Numbered from the stretch's first letter, positions 49,534 to 60,535 are shown. The stretch: 64,000 bases of DNA from Trueperaceae bacterium (GCA_965214405.1 OZ243956.1:3776001-3840000); one strand, 5' to 3'. Program-made: numbers and translations. Notes: a model not told the origin generated them from the letters alone.

Positions 49534-50205
49534 GTGAGCGCGCAGGTGCTGGTGGTCGAAGACGAGGTGGCGGTGCGCGAACTGCTCGCGTTTCATCTTT
49601 CGCAGGCGGGCTTTAGGGTGCGAGAGGCGGCCACGGCGGGGGAGGCCTGGGCGCACCTTAACGAGGCCGACGTGGTGGTGCTCGACTGGATGCTCCCGGA
49701 CGCGTCCGGGGTGGACTGGCTTAGGCGCGTCCGGGCGGGAGCGCAGCGGGAGCGGCTGCCCGTCCTGATGCTCACCGCGCGCGCCTCGGAGATGGATAAG
49801 GTGACGGGGCTCGAGGCCGGGGCGGACGACTATCTTGCCAAGCCCTTTTCCGCCGCCGAACTCGTGGCCCGCCTCCGCGCCCTGCTGCGCCGCACCCAGC
49901 AGGACACCCAGCACCAAGTGGGTGACCTCGTGGTGGACGAACTGCAGGGCACCGCGCGCTTGGGCGGCGAGCGCCTGGGGCTGACCCGGCGCGAGTTCGA
50001 GCTGCTCGCTTACCTGGCCGCGCACCCGGGCCGGGTCTTCTCGCGGACCGACCTTTTAGACCGCGTGTGGGGCACGGACTTTTTGGGCACCGAGCGCACC
50101 GTCGACCAGCACGTTGCGCAGCTCCGCGCGCTTATCGGGAGCGACCACATCGAGACCATCCGCGGGCGTGGTTATCGTCTTGTCAATCCTGGCGAAGAGA
50201 GCTGA
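49534..50205 (+). CDS. phoB: PhoB-like response regulator
   Basis: VVEDE, LDWMLP, GADDYLAKPF, winged helix ETIRGRGY; start uncertain. Confidence 0.88.
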   Translation: MSAQVLVVEDEVAVRELLAFHLSQAGFRVREAATAGEAWAHLNEADVVVLDWMLPDASGVDWLRRVRAGAQRERLPVLMLTARASEMDKVTGLEAGADDYLAKPFSAAELVARLRALLRRTQQDTQHQVGDLVVDELQGTARLGGERLGLTRREFELLAYLAAHPGRVFSRTDLLDRVWGTDFLGTERTVDQHVAQLRALIGSDHIETIRGRGYRLVNPGEES

Positions 50206-50254
50206 CTGAGCGGGTGACGAGGCAGCGACGGCGCAACGCCAAGGCGAGACCAAC

Positions 50255-51208
50255 ATGGTAGCCAGAGACTCCCTCTCTCTCGACCCCCTGGGCGCGCTGA
50301 GCGGACTTTCCGAGGGCGTCATCCTCGTGCAGGCGGGGCGGGTGCGGTGGCTCAATGCGGCGGCGACCCGGTTTTTGGAGGTGGAGCCCGCGCACACGGT
50401 CGGCTTGCCGCTCATCGCGGTGCTCCGCGACCACCGGCTCGAGCGCGTCTATCTAGAGGGCGCCGAGGAGGAGCTCGAGACCCGCGGGCGCATCCTCTTG
50501 GCCCGGCCCATCCCCGGCGGCTTGTCTCTCACAGACGTGAGCGAGCTGCGCCGCACCCAAGAGAGCGCGCGCGAACTTTTGGCCGTGCTTTCGCACGAAT
50601 TAAGAACCCCCGCCACCACGATCCGCGCGACCTTAGAGGCGCTCCGCTTCGAGATGCCCGAGGCGCAGCGGGCGCGCTTTTTGGAGCGCGCCGAGGGAGA
50701 GGCCGACCGGCTCATCCGCCTCCTAGAAGACCTCACCGTGGACGTGAAGCCGCCGCAACTGCGCCGCCTTTCGCTCTGCGAAGCCGTGTCACGCGCCCGC
50801 GCCCTGTTACAAACCACGCTTCAAACGCATGACGTGACCCTGGAACTTAGCGTGCCGCCCCTGACCGTCTGGGCCGACGCGGACAAACTCTTACAGGTGC
50901 TCATCAATCTGCTCGAGAACGCCGCCATCCACGGCCCCGACCACGCGACGGTTTTTCTAAAAGCCGCGCCCGACCCGGGCGACCCCCGCTACGCGCGCGT
51001 CGTCGTGCAAGACCAGGGACCGCCGCTCCCTATAAACACCGTCGAGCGCCTTTTCGAACCCCACGCCCGAGGCGCGTCGGTCAAGGCGCGCGGCACCGGC
51101 TTGGGGCTCTACATCGTGCGCTCGGTGGCCCAACGCTGGGGCGGGCAGGCCTGGGGGCGGCCGCTCGAGGGTGGTAACGAGTTTGGGTTTAGCGTTCTTC
51201 TCAAGTAG
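50255..51208 (+). CDS. phoR: PhoR-like histidine kinase
   Basis: SHELRTP, NLLENA, GTGLGL. Confidence 0.85.
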   Translation: MVARDSLSLDPLGALSGLSEGVILVQAGRVRWLNAAATRFLEVEPAHTVGLPLIAVLRDHRLERVYLEGAEEELETRGRILLARPIPGGLSLTDVSELRRTQESARELLAVLSHELRTPATTIRATLEALRFEMPEAQRARFLERAEGEADRLIRLLEDLTVDVKPPQLRRLSLCEAVSRARALLQTTLQTHDVTLELSVPPLTVWADADKLLQVLINLLENAAIHGPDHATVFLKAAPDPGDPRYARVVVQDQGPPLPINTVERLFEPHARGASVKARGTGLGLYIVRSVAQRWGGQAWGRPLEGGNEFGFSVLLK

Positions 51209-51401
51209 CGGGTGCGGACGCGTTACCGTTCGGAGCACCCTTCAAAAGATGGTTACCTGCTTTGGTGGACTCGGGCTAAAAACCACGATAAACAGCCTGC
51301 GTCATCCTCGAGCCACGCCGCCAAAGGATAGTCCATGAGGGGCGAGCGCGGTCACGTTTAAGTGACGCGACTTAATAGACTTGATGAAGGTTGAACAAAG
51401 G

Positions 51402-51422
51402 AAAACCCCGCACTCGGCGGGG
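51402..51422 (-). terminator. Terminator downstream of tRNA-Ala(CGC)
   Basis: CCCCGC-CGAGT-GCGGGG-TTTT on - strand. Confidence 0.7.
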
Positions 51423-51456
51423 CTCGTCTGCGTCCTTCAAGCATTTGTTACCTTTT

Positions 51457-51533
<77 letters not shown>

Positions 51534-51713
51534 AGGCAAAAAACAGTCTAACGGTCTGGTCGCGGTATTGTCAATGTTAACAAGCTTTCATCATGATGAT
51601 TATAGAACGCGCTTCTGCTTTGGTAAAAAAGTACCGGGTACCGAGTTGTAAGCTTTCTTAGTACGCATCTCTCTAAACGCTCCCAAAGGTCTTGATAGTA
51701 AAAGCCCGCCACG

Positions 51714-53060
51714 TTGACTAATGTTAACAGCAATTGGTTGCGCTTTAACCAACTCGTTGATGTATTGGGGAGCATCTTTGAGGGGATGCAAGACAGCAGG
51801 GGGAAGAACAAACAGTACAGCTTGAGCGAGATAGGGCTGGCGGCGTTACGGGCAGGCCGCCCTGCCGTTGCGTTCTCAGTGTTCTTCATGCAAAACGCCT
51901 CGTTTCTGGAATGGCAACGCGAGGTGAGCGCGCGCAAAGGCCGGAGCAACGTGCAGAGCTTGTTTAGCTTGGAGCGCATAGCGAGTGACGAACAGATCAA
52001 GAACGTGCTCGACGAGCACTCGCCCGACGCGCTGGCTGTGGCTTACCGCTACGTGGTGCGCGAACTTGCTGCGGCAGGTCTTCTTAGGCAGCACTTCGAG
52101 CACGCGGGTCGGGTACTGGTAGCACTTGACGGCACGCAGTACCATAGCTCGGAGCGGGTGAGTTGCGAACGCTGCAACAAGATAGACAAGGGTGGCAAAA
52201 CACGCTGTACCCACAGCGTCGTATTGCCGGTCATGCTTAGTGCAGGGGCTCACGAGGTGCTCTGTTTAGAGCCTGAGTTCGTTCTATGCGAAGACGGTAG
52301 CGACAAACAAGATTGTGAGAGCGCGGCGGCTAAGCGTTGGCTCTCGTACAAACTGTCCGAGTACGGACTGGGGCGGGTGGTCATTTTGGGTGACGACCTC
52401 TACTGCCATCAGCCCACCTGTGAGCGCGTGCTCGAACAAGGCTGTGACTTCATCTTCGTGTGCAAGCCGAGCTCGCACAAGACGCTCTACGACTACCTCT
52501 CGCTCAGCCCCGTCCAAGAAGTGACGCTTCTACAGGGTCAGGGTAAGAAACAGCGCAGCCTTTGCTACCGCTTTGCTAACGACCTACCGCTACGCGACGG
52601 CAGGGACGCTCTTACTGTGAACTGGTGCGAAGTCACTGAGCGAGATGCTAACGGCAAGACGCTCTACCACAACACCTTTGCGACTAACCTCTCCTTGAGC
52701 CTACGAACCATTGTCCGCGTCGTTACCTGGGGCCGGGCGAGGTGGAAAGTCGAGAACGAGGGCAACAACGTCCTGAAAACCAAAGGCTACAACTTTGAGC
52801 ACAACTTTGGGCATGGCAAGCAGCATCTCTCGACCATGCTGTTGTCGCTCATGCTGCTCGCTTTTCTGCTTCACTCGCTCTTTGACCTGCTTGACGCGCG
52901 TTACCAGGCCATTCGCGCCCGCTTAGGGCCCCGTTCCACCTTCTTTGGCGACTTGCGCACCCTGACGCGTTTTCACCTCTTTGACTCCTGGGCTCAGCTC
53001 TTACTCTTTAGGGCCCAAGGGCTTGAACTTAATGAGGTCTTAGAGCTTGATTCTACTTGA
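51714..53060 (+). mobile_element. DDE transposase (ISNCY-like); element ends not resolved
   Basis: VALDGT, KQDCESAAAKRW, GDDLY, GRARWKVENEGNNVLK, EHNFGHG. Confidence 0.85.
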
Positions 53061-53249
53061 ACGATTAAATTTGGAACTGCTGGAGCCAAGGGTGCATCCT
53101 GCTGAGGGGGGACAAGCAGGACTGTAGCTGAGTAGATCGGATTCTTTGGTGAAAGGTGAGCGGGGTTGGAAGCAGGCGCTGGAGGAGTCAAGCTTCTCCT
53201 GAACAAACCCCGGTGAGGTATCGAGTATCGAGTGAGGTGTTGGCGCGTT

Positions 53250-53675
53250 CTAAAGGGCTTCTCCGTGGAGGGTGACCGTCAGCGTCCGCGCGCTCCCCCG
53301 GTCGCGGTGCTCGCAGAGGTAAAGACCTTGCCAGGTGCCCAGCACGAGCGCGCCGTTTTTGATAGGAATGGTGAGCGAACTCCCCAGCAGCGACGCCTTG
53401 ATGTGCGCGGGCATGTCGTCGGGACCCTCGAGCGTGTGCTCAAAATAGGGCGCGTCCTCGGGTACCGCGCGGTTAAAGTACCGCTCAAAGTCGCCGCGCA
53501 CATCGCTCGAGGCGTTCTCGTTCAGCGTCAGACTCGCCGAGGTGTGGTGGATAAACACGTGCATGAGGCCGACGCGGACGTTTTGTAGGTCTGGAAGTTG
53601 TGACGTAACCTCACGCGTGATGAGATGAAAGCCGCGCGGTAGGGGCTCGAGCACGATCTCTTTTTGCTGCCACAT
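53250..53675 (-). CDS. yjbQ: YjbQ family protein
   Basis: HTSASLTLNEN, EGPDDMPAHIK, LGTWQG. Confidence 0.93.
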   Translation of the reverse strand: MWQQKEIVLEPLPRGFHLITREVTSQLPDLQNVRVGLMHVFIHHTSASLTLNENASSDVRGDFERYFNRAVPEDAPYFEHTLEGPDDMPAHIKASLLGSSLTIPIKNGALVLGTWQGLYLCEHRDRGSARTLTVTLHGEAL

Positions 53676-53687
53676 AAGGCGAGTGTA

Positions 53688-54563
53688 TCAGCTCCGGGCT
53701 TTGAGCCGAGCTAACCGTCTCCAGCCCTGTTTTTCGAATTCTACATCTTTATGGTTACGCGCCCACACGATGGTGCTTAAAGCGCCCAGCGCGGCGCAAC
53801 GCTCTAACACACCCTCTTCCTCCCTCAAGTCTCGCCCGTAGCCGTTCAAAAATGCCGCGCGTAAATCGGGCCGCTCCGGCCATAGGTCAGCCCAGAGGCG
53901 CTCGAGGTCGAAAATCCACCCGTCGGGACGGGCGTGTTCAAAATCAATCACATAAAGTTTGCCGCTCTCCGCGAGCCAATTGCGCGCAGTGTAGTCGCGG
54001 TGGCAGGGGACGCGGGTGAAGTTCGCAAGCGAGGGCAGGGCTTCGGCGACTCGAGCCCTCACCCAGGCGATATCTTCGGGAGGCAGCACGCCCTCGGCTC
54101 GAGCCGTCCACGCCTCCGTGCGTTTTTTCAGGGCCTCGGCCAGCGTCAGCGTATCGGTGTCCTCAAAAGGCACATCGTGTAGCCGCCGCAAGAACGCCCC
54201 GGCTTGACGGTGCAAATCGTGCTCTTCACGCGCGGAAAGCTTCATCCGCTCCACCAGCTCACCCGGCGCGGCGGAGAGCAGGAGGGTCTGGGCCTCCCGT
54301 TGATGCTCGAGCAGCCTCGGGGTCAGGGGCGACAGGTGAGGCGTCCAGGCCTGGTAGGCGTGCAGTTCCTGCTCGAATTTGCGCGTCTGGCGGTGCTTTT
54401 TGAGAAAAACCCGCCCCGTCTCCGTCGAAAGTTCCCAAACATCCGACTCGGCGTGGTCCCAGCCGCAAAAGCGGAGGGAGGTGATAACGGCGCCCCGGTC
54501 TGTGAGATATTGACGGGCGAAGAGGCTTTCTTTTGACGCTGTGTCACGCCGCCGGTTCACCAC
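53688..54563 (-). CDS. Aminoglycoside phosphotransferase-family kinase
   Basis: CHRDYTARNW, VIDFE. Confidence 0.85.
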   Translation of the reverse strand: MVNRRRDTASKESLFARQYLTDRGAVITSLRFCGWDHAESDVWELSTETGRVFLKKHRQTRKFEQELHAYQAWTPHLSPLTPRLLEHQREAQTLLLSAAPGELVERMKLSAREEHDLHRQAGAFLRRLHDVPFEDTDTLTLAEALKKRTEAWTARAEGVLPPEDIAWVRARVAEALPSLANFTRVPCHRDYTARNWLAESGKLYVIDFEHARPDGWIFDLERLWADLWPERPDLRAAFLNGYGRDLREEEGVLERCAALGALSTIVWARNHKDVEFEKQGWRRLARLKARS

Positions 54564-54836
54564 TCAGCCTCTACCCGTCCGTCAGGAAAATGATCGGCAA
54601 AAATAATTGGCAGCCTTTCTCGCCCTATATCTTCGTACATATGCGCCAGCGGGGACAAAGGCTCCAACCCAAAAATGGGAGAAGTCCAGAGACAATCCTT
54701 TAGTAGGGGGTAACGCTTCAACCGGCCTCCCAAATCTTCATACCATTTGAAGAGAACTCGAGAACCATCTCTAGTCCTCTTTATGAGACGACGACCTTTT
54801 GAAAGATTCACACTACCGTTCCCCCGGTACCAGGTA
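54557..54836 (-). pseudogene. Possible 3' gene remnant
   Basis: Lower-GC ORF coupled to the kinase start; its 5' end runs into an IS-end-like sequence. Confidence 0.35.
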
Positions 54837-54930
54837 CTCTCTCCGAACGCTCCCAAAAAGACTTGATGATAAAAGCCCGGTGCGTCCCTCTACCCCTCAT
54901 TCGGCGTTGCTGCAAATGTTAGCCTAAAGC

Positions 54931-56487
54931 GTGCCCCCCACGTTTCCGTTCCGAAGCTACCGCGCGGGCCAGCTCGAGGCCATTGAAGCCGCGCGCGCCG
55001 CGTTTGAGCGTGGCAAGCGCTTTGTGGTCATCGAAGCGCCCACGGGTTCGGGCAAGTCGGCCATCGCGGTGACGCTAGCGCGCGAGGCCAAAAGCGCCTA
55101 CGTGTTGACCGCCCAAAAGCTCCTCCAGGAGCAGTATCTGCGCGACTTTCCCGACTTGTCGCTCATGAAAGGCCGGAGCAACTACCCCTGCTTGGTCGCG
55201 CCTACGCACGCCGCCGCCGCGCCCTGCATTGCGGGTCGCAGGTTCCCCGAGTGCGACGACTGCCCCTACTTTTGCGCCAAGGACGAGGCGATGGCCGCCA
55301 AAGGCACCATCCTCAACTACGCGTACTACTTGGCGGAACTCAACTATTCGGGCGGCTTTGGCCCCCGAGACTTACTCGTCTTGGACGAGGCGCATAACGC
55401 CGAGGGCGCGCTCATGGGCTTTATCGAGGTGACGCTCTCGGACGCGATGCTGAGGCGCGTCGGGATTTCTGAAACCATCCCGCAGATGGGTGAGGACTAC
55501 GGGTATTTCGACTTTGCCGAGGACATTTTGCCGCTCCTCTCGAGCCGTAGCCGGGAGCTCGAGCATGAGCTTAAGAAAGACGGTTCAAAGGGTGGGGGCA
55601 ACGCCGAGGTGGCGCTCTTGCAGATGCAGCACAAGCGGTGGCTCGACAACCAGCGCGGGCGCTTGGAACTCCTCCTGGGGAGCCGTGAGGAGGATTACGT
55701 CGAGTGGACCGTCGAGCGGCGGGGCGGCGCGGACGGGCAAACGCTGAGCTTTAAGCCCGTCAAGGTGGCGTCGTTCGCCGAGCCGCTTCTTTTCGGTTTC
55801 GGCGAGCGCGTCTTGATGCTCTCCGCGACGATTCTCGACCCACCCACGTATCTTCGCTCGTTGGGCGTCGACCCGGACGCCGCCGAGGTCATTACCGTCG
55901 CGTCACATTTCCCGCCTCAAAACCGGCCCATCTACCCCCGCCCGACCGCGCGGCTCACGCGGCACTATCTGGAAGCGGATTTGCCCAAGCTCGTCGCCGA
56001 AATTGCCGAGCTTTTTGAGGCGCACCCGCACGACAAGGGGCTCATCCACGCGCACTCGTATAAAATCTCGAGCACCATCGCCCGCAGCCTCCCGGCGCGC
56101 TACCACGACCGCCTGATTACCCACTACAGCGCCGACGGGCGCGAGGCCGCGCTCGAGGCCCACAGCCTTTCGCCTCACCCGACCGTCCTGCTAACGCCGA
56201 GCATGACCGAGGGCATCGACTTGTCCGACGACTTGTCGCGCTGGCAGGTTATCTGCAAAATCCCTTACCCCTACTTAGGCGACCCGCAAATTGCGCGCCG
56301 CAAAGCTTTGGACCCCGCCTGGTACGACTGGCGCACCTGCCTGACCGTCGTGCAGGCCTACGGCAGGAGCGTCCGCAGCGCTGAAGATTTTGCGGTGACG
56401 TACGTGTTAGACGCCGACTTTCCGGCTTTTGTCAAGCGGCAAAGAAAACGGTTGCCGGGCTGGTTTTTAGAGGCGATTCAGGAGTGA
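54931..56487 (+). CDS. DinG/XPD-family helicase
   Basis: EAPTGSGKS, KGRSNYPC and further Cys (Fe-S), DEAH, SAT, QAYGRSVR. Confidence 0.9.
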   Translation: MPPTFPFRSYRAGQLEAIEAARAAFERGKRFVVIEAPTGSGKSAIAVTLAREAKSAYVLTAQKLLQEQYLRDFPDLSLMKGRSNYPCLVAPTHAAAAPCIAGRRFPECDDCPYFCAKDEAMAAKGTILNYAYYLAELNYSGGFGPRDLLVLDEAHNAEGALMGFIEVTLSDAMLRRVGISETIPQMGEDYGYFDFAEDILPLLSSRSRELEHELKKDGSKGGGNAEVALLQMQHKRWLDNQRGRLELLLGSREEDYVEWTVERRGGADGQTLSFKPVKVASFAEPLLFGFGERVLMLSATILDPPTYLRSLGVDPDAAEVITVASHFPPQNRPIYPRPTARLTRHYLEADLPKLVAEIAELFEAHPHDKGLIHAHSYKISSTIARSLPARYHDRLITHYSADGREAALEAHSLSPHPTVLLTPSMTEGIDLSDDLSRWQVICKIPYPYLGDPQIARRKALDPAWYDWRTCLTVVQAYGRSVRSAEDFAVTYVLDADFPAFVKRQRKRLPGWFLEAIQE

Positions 56488-56939
56488 TTGATGAGAGCTG
56501 GTACACCCGTCCTGAAGGGGTGCCCGACCGCACCTCGGCGGGGGGCGTGGTGGTGCGGCTCGAGGCCGACCGTCTCCTCGTCGCGTTGGTGGGAGGCGAG
56601 GGCGCGCGCAGGGGCTACATCCTCCCCAAGGGCGGCGTTGAATCAGGAGAAAGTCTAGAAGGGGCGGCGCGGCGCGAAATTGAGGAGGAGGCGGGACTGT
56701 CGCAGCTTGTGTTTTTAAGAGCGTTGGATGTGCTCGAGCGCCTCAACTGGGCCAGGACGTGCTGGACGACGGTGCATTATTTTCTTTTTCTCACAGAGCA
56801 AGTGGAGGGCAAACCGACGGATGAGGAGTATGACTACCGGCTCGAGTGGTTTCCTTTAGACGCCCTACCCGACCTCTTCTGGCCCGAGCAGCGGCGGTTG
56901 ATTGAAGAAAACCGTGAGGCTATTAAAGCTGCACTTTAG
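56484..56939 (+). CDS. NUDIX hydrolase
   Basis: PKGGVESGESLEGAARREIEEEAGL. Confidence 0.93.
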   Translation: MIDESWYTRPEGVPDRTSAGGVVVRLEADRLLVALVGGEGARRGYILPKGGVESGESLEGAARREIEEEAGLSQLVFLRALDVLERLNWARTCWTTVHYFLFLTEQVEGKPTDEEYDYRLEWFPLDALPDLFWPEQRRLIEENREAIKAAL

Positions 56940-58105
56940 AAGTAATCCGCCAGAGCCATATACGAAGTGCGGCCCCCCACGAGAGAAAGAAGCGCGTCTA
57001 TAAATTTTGCGTCACCCTCAACCAGCCCGGTGCGTTGCGCCGTCCGCGTGTTCACGCCCCCCGAAAGCAGGAGGGGCAGCGCGCGCACGTCGAGACTGAC
57101 GTCCGCGTCCTCCGCTTCTATCTTTTCGACTTTAGTCCCGCTCGGAGAAAGCTCGAGCCCAAACCCCCCCTCGTTCCACGTGCAAAAGTCATCATGAACC
57201 TTTAACGTAAAGCTGAGGGTGTCTTTGCTGAGAAGCCCATGAAGCGCCCGCGGCACGTCCACCACCCGCGCTTGGAAGCTCGAGCGGTTGGCCTCCACAT
57301 GACCTTGCAAATCAAAGAGCAGCGGCTCGTCCCCCGGCAGGTGCAGCCGCACCCTGTCCGCCTGACCGTAAAAGGAGCCGATGAAGCGCCACAAACGGCT
57401 CCGCCCTTCAGGAGAGCTGTAGGCGTAGTCTTTTACCGTGAGCGTCATCATGTTCGCTGCGTCATTAAAGGTGAGGCTCAGGACGCAGTAGGCGCCGTCA
57501 AGTTCATAAATGAAGCGCTCACGCGTTTCCCAGGCTCTAAAAAGGATGTTGCTCCAGCTTCCGTGGACGCGCTCGCCCCGCTTGCGGGTGAAGTTGTAAC
57601 CCGCGGCCCAGCGCGCGTAGGTGGGCTCGAGGCGGCTCAACTCGTCCTTCGTCAGCCTTTTCGCGCCGGGCGCGCGTCCCCCAAAAAGCTTGTCGCTTGG
57701 GCAGGTAATAACAAAGCCGCTGGGGACGCTCCCCCAGCCGTAGCGCGCGTAGTAGCGGGGGTCGAAGGGGTACTCCACACACCAGCCCACGCCTTGCGCG
57801 CGGAGGTTTGAAAGCGCGTCTTTGAGAAGCGCCTCGACGTGCCCGCGCCGCCGATATTCGGGCGCGCTCAGCACGCTCGCCAAGCCGCCCATCGGCACGG
57901 GCTGGCCCGCAAAAAACATCTCGAACGGGTAAACGACGGCGGCGCTCGTGAGCGTGTCGCCGTCGAAGAAGCCGCGCGTGTAGGGAAGGCGGTCCACATG
58001 CCGCTGCCGCGCCTCCGGGGTGCTGTAGTCGGACGTGTCCAGATAGGCCACTTGCCGGATGGCGAAGAGTTGCGGCAGGTCGTCCTCGGTGAGAAAACGG
58101 ATCAC
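56936..58105 (-). CDS. Eis-like GNAT acetyltransferase
   Basis: PEYRRRG, YPF, YARYGW, SCP2-like C-terminus ending DYF. Confidence 0.88.
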   Translation of the reverse strand: MIRFLTEDDLPQLFAIRQVAYLDTSDYSTPEARQRHVDRLPYTRGFFDGDTLTSAAVVYPFEMFFAGQPVPMGGLASVLSAPEYRRRGHVEALLKDALSNLRAQGVGWCVEYPFDPRYYARYGWGSVPSGFVITCPSDKLFGGRAPGAKRLTKDELSRLEPTYARWAAGYNFTRKRGERVHGSWSNILFRAWETRERFIYELDGAYCVLSLTFNDAANMMTLTVKDYAYSSPEGRSRLWRFIGSFYGQADRVRLHLPGDEPLLFDLQGHVEANRSSFQARVVDVPRALHGLLSKDTLSFTLKVHDDFCTWNEGGFGLELSPSGTKVEKIEAEDADVSLDVRALPLLLSGGVNTRTAQRTGLVEGDAKFIDALLSLVGGRTSYMALADYF

Positions 58106-58602
58106 GCCGGTTCCTCCACCAAGGGGTTCTCCTGGTCGTTCTGCTCAATCGGGTCAAAAGGAAGATGGGTGGGGCGCTCGAGGTTCGTTTTTAGCACCAT
58201 CGTCGTTTCGGTGCGCTCGACGCCCTCCAAAACCCAGAGCCGGTCCAAAAAGCTGTCCAAGTCTTTGGTGCTGCCGACGCGCACCTTGGCGATATAGCCG
58301 TAAGACCCCGCGACCGCGTGCAGCTCCTCGATTTCGGGCAGCTTGATGAGGTTATCGACCAAATTCGCCCCCGGATTGCGCGGCTGCGGCGCGATGGCGA
58401 CAAAGGCGCAAATAGGCAGCCCGAGCGCGTCCGCGTCAAACACCGCGCGGTAGCCCTTGACCACGCCCGCGGCCTCGAGCTTACGCACGCGTTCGCCCAC
58501 CGCCGGGGCCGACAGCCCCACCTCCTTGGCGATCGTCGCGTGCGAGGCGCGCCCGTTCTCGCGGAGGATGCTGAGAATGCTTTGGTCAACCGCGTCAAAC
58601 AT
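58102..58602 (-). CDS. Lrp/AsnC transcriptional regulator
   Basis: LRENGRAS...VGLSAPAVGERVRKLE. Confidence 0.93.
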   Translation of the reverse strand: MFDAVDQSILSILRENGRASHATIAKEVGLSAPAVGERVRKLEAAGVVKGYRAVFDADALGLPICAFVAIAPQPRNPGANLVDNLIKLPEIEELHAVAGSYGYIAKVRVGSTKDLDSFLDRLWVLEGVERTETTMVLKTNLERPTHLPFDPIEQNDQENPLVEEPA

Positions 58603-58736
58603 GAAACAAGCTAACATACCGGCTTGACGAGGAATCCTAAAGGCTTTTCAACGGCTCAAAAATTTGAGATTTCCCAGGACAATATTCGAGGATGAACACC
58701 TCATGCAAACGCCCAAAGCTCTTATATGTGTAGACT

Positions 58737-59429
58737 CTACAACGCCGCGACGTGCAAGAGCAGCATCATAAAGTAGCTCGCGCCGCCCGCCAGCACAAAC
58801 AGGTGCCAGAGTTCGTGGTGGCCGAACACGCCGGGGTAGGGGTCGGGGCGCTCGAGGGCGAACACCACCGCGCCGACCGAGTAGAGGATGCCGCCCAAAA
58901 AGAGCAGGAACAACCCGCCCGCGGGCAGCGTCTCTTTGATGGGCACGATGACGAAAATCGCCAGCCAACCGAGCAGCAGATAAAAACTCGTCGAGAGCCA
59001 GTAAGGGGCGTCGAGCCAAAGAATTTTGAACACCATCCCGAGCAGTGCGAGCCCCCAGATGAGGCAGAAAAAGCCCCAGCCGAGCGCGGCACTTCGTTCT
59101 TTGAGGATAATCAGCGCGACGGGCGTGTAGCTCCCGGCGATTAAGGCAAAGATACCGACGTGGTCGAGCCTCAGCAGCAAGCGCCGCCTGGCGGGGCCTA
59201 CCTTGAGGCCGTGGAAGAGCGAGGAGGCGAGGTAGAGCAGCACGGAACTTATCCCGTAAACGGCGAACGAGGCTATGTAGAGCGGTCTGCCCCAAGACTT
59301 TGTCAGAAGCATCGCCATCCCGAAGGCGCTAAAAACCGCGCCCAGGAGGTGCGTGAGGCAGTTGACCGGCTCGTGCAGATAACGGCTCAAAAATTCGATG
59401 GAGGAGGGTCTGGCGTTGAGCTGTCTCAT
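58737..59429 (-). CDS. Hemolysin III/PAQR (TrhA-like) membrane protein
   Basis: EPVNCLTH, LDHVGI, AGSYTP, HELWHLFV. Confidence 0.92.
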   Translation of the reverse strand: MRQLNARPSSIEFLSRYLHEPVNCLTHLLGAVFSAFGMAMLLTKSWGRPLYIASFAVYGISSVLLYLASSLFHGLKVGPARRRLLLRLDHVGIFALIAGSYTPVALIILKERSAALGWGFFCLIWGLALLGMVFKILWLDAPYWLSTSFYLLLGWLAIFVIVPIKETLPAGGLFLLFLGGILYSVGAVVFALERPDPYPGVFGHHELWHLFVLAGGASYFMMLLLHVAAL

Positions 59430-59594
59430 ACGCCATTATGACAAAATTCGCTCGAAAACGATGTCCGGTTATCACAGTAAAGCTTGGCGAGGGATAAGAA
59501 ACACCACAGTCTGCAACGCCATTATCTCACACTCCTGATGCCTTGAAGCGGCGCGTTTCCTTTACAATCTCGAGCGAGGGTTTACAATCTCTTC

Positions 59595-59966
59595 ATGAAC
59601 GACTCCCCAAACGTCCAAATTTTTGGCACCAACAAATCTCAAGACACCAAAAAGGCGCTGCGCTTTTTTAAGGAGCGGGGCATCAAGCCGCAGTTCGTCG
59701 ACCTCAAGGAGCGCGACATTGCGCCGGGCGAGTTGAAGCGTTTCGTGCAAAAAGCTGGTCTCAACGCGCTCCTCAACACTTCCGGCAAGGCGTACGAGAA
59801 AGCGGGCCTCGAGTACCTGCGCGTCGGCGACGAGGAACTGACGCAAAAACTTATTGACGACCCCGCGCTGATGGTGCAGCCCCTCGTGCGGAGCGGCGGC
59901 GCGCTGACGGTGGGCTGGGATGAAGAGGCGTGGCGGGCGTGGTACGAGGCGCAAAAGGAAGCGTGA
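59595..59966 (+). CDS. ArsC/Spx-like protein
   Basis: KKALRFFKERGI, PALMVQPLVR. Confidence 0.8.
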   Translation: MNDSPNVQIFGTNKSQDTKKALRFFKERGIKPQFVDLKERDIAPGELKRFVQKAGLNALLNTSGKAYEKAGLEYLRVGDEELTQKLIDDPALMVQPLVRSGGALTVGWDEEAWRAWYEAQKEA

Positions 59967-60171
59967 GACAGTCCAGAGTTTAAGGCGAAGCGCTCTAGAA
60001 AAGTTTGTGTTCACTCTATAGTCTTTTGTCACTCAAGCTTTCGCTGGCTACTTCGACAATCCGCTAGCCCCTCGAGCATCACCTGTGATTCCCAAACCTG
60101 CGACGTTTGAGCCTCGACTTGGCTCACAAGCGCTTTTGCTTGGGCGTTTATCCCGGCAACCATCTTTACAA

Positions 60172-60384
60172 CTATCTCAACGACAGCGCGGCGGGTGAGC
60201 CCTGCTGGCTCGTCCGAAAAAGTTTCTTAGGCTTTGAGCGGGGTGCATTCTGGTGTACGGGTTGGGCGAGCGCCTCGAGCGTTAGCCCTAACGCGTCTAG
60301 ACCCTCGCGTACCCCTTCGTCTACCTCCCCGTCGAGCCGCATTTCTCCCGTAGCGGTGTTGATGATCATGATGGTGTGGTTCAC
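60172..60384 (-). CDS. Small hypothetical protein
   Basis: GGAGG SD before GTG; 70 aa. Confidence 0.4.
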   Translation of the reverse strand: MNHTIMIINTATGEMRLDGEVDEGVREGLDALGLTLEALAQPVHQNAPRSKPKKLFRTSQQGSPAALSLR

Positions 60385-60535
60385 AGCGACCCTCCAAAAA
60401 ACGTGTGCAGTTCTTCACTGCCTTGTCACTGATTATGACAGATTTTTGAGAGGCGTGTTAGAATATTAAGAGATAGTGAATCACTATTACTTCGCGGAGG
60501 TTTAGGCTTCGCGCCGGATCGGGCGTTTGGGCGCG

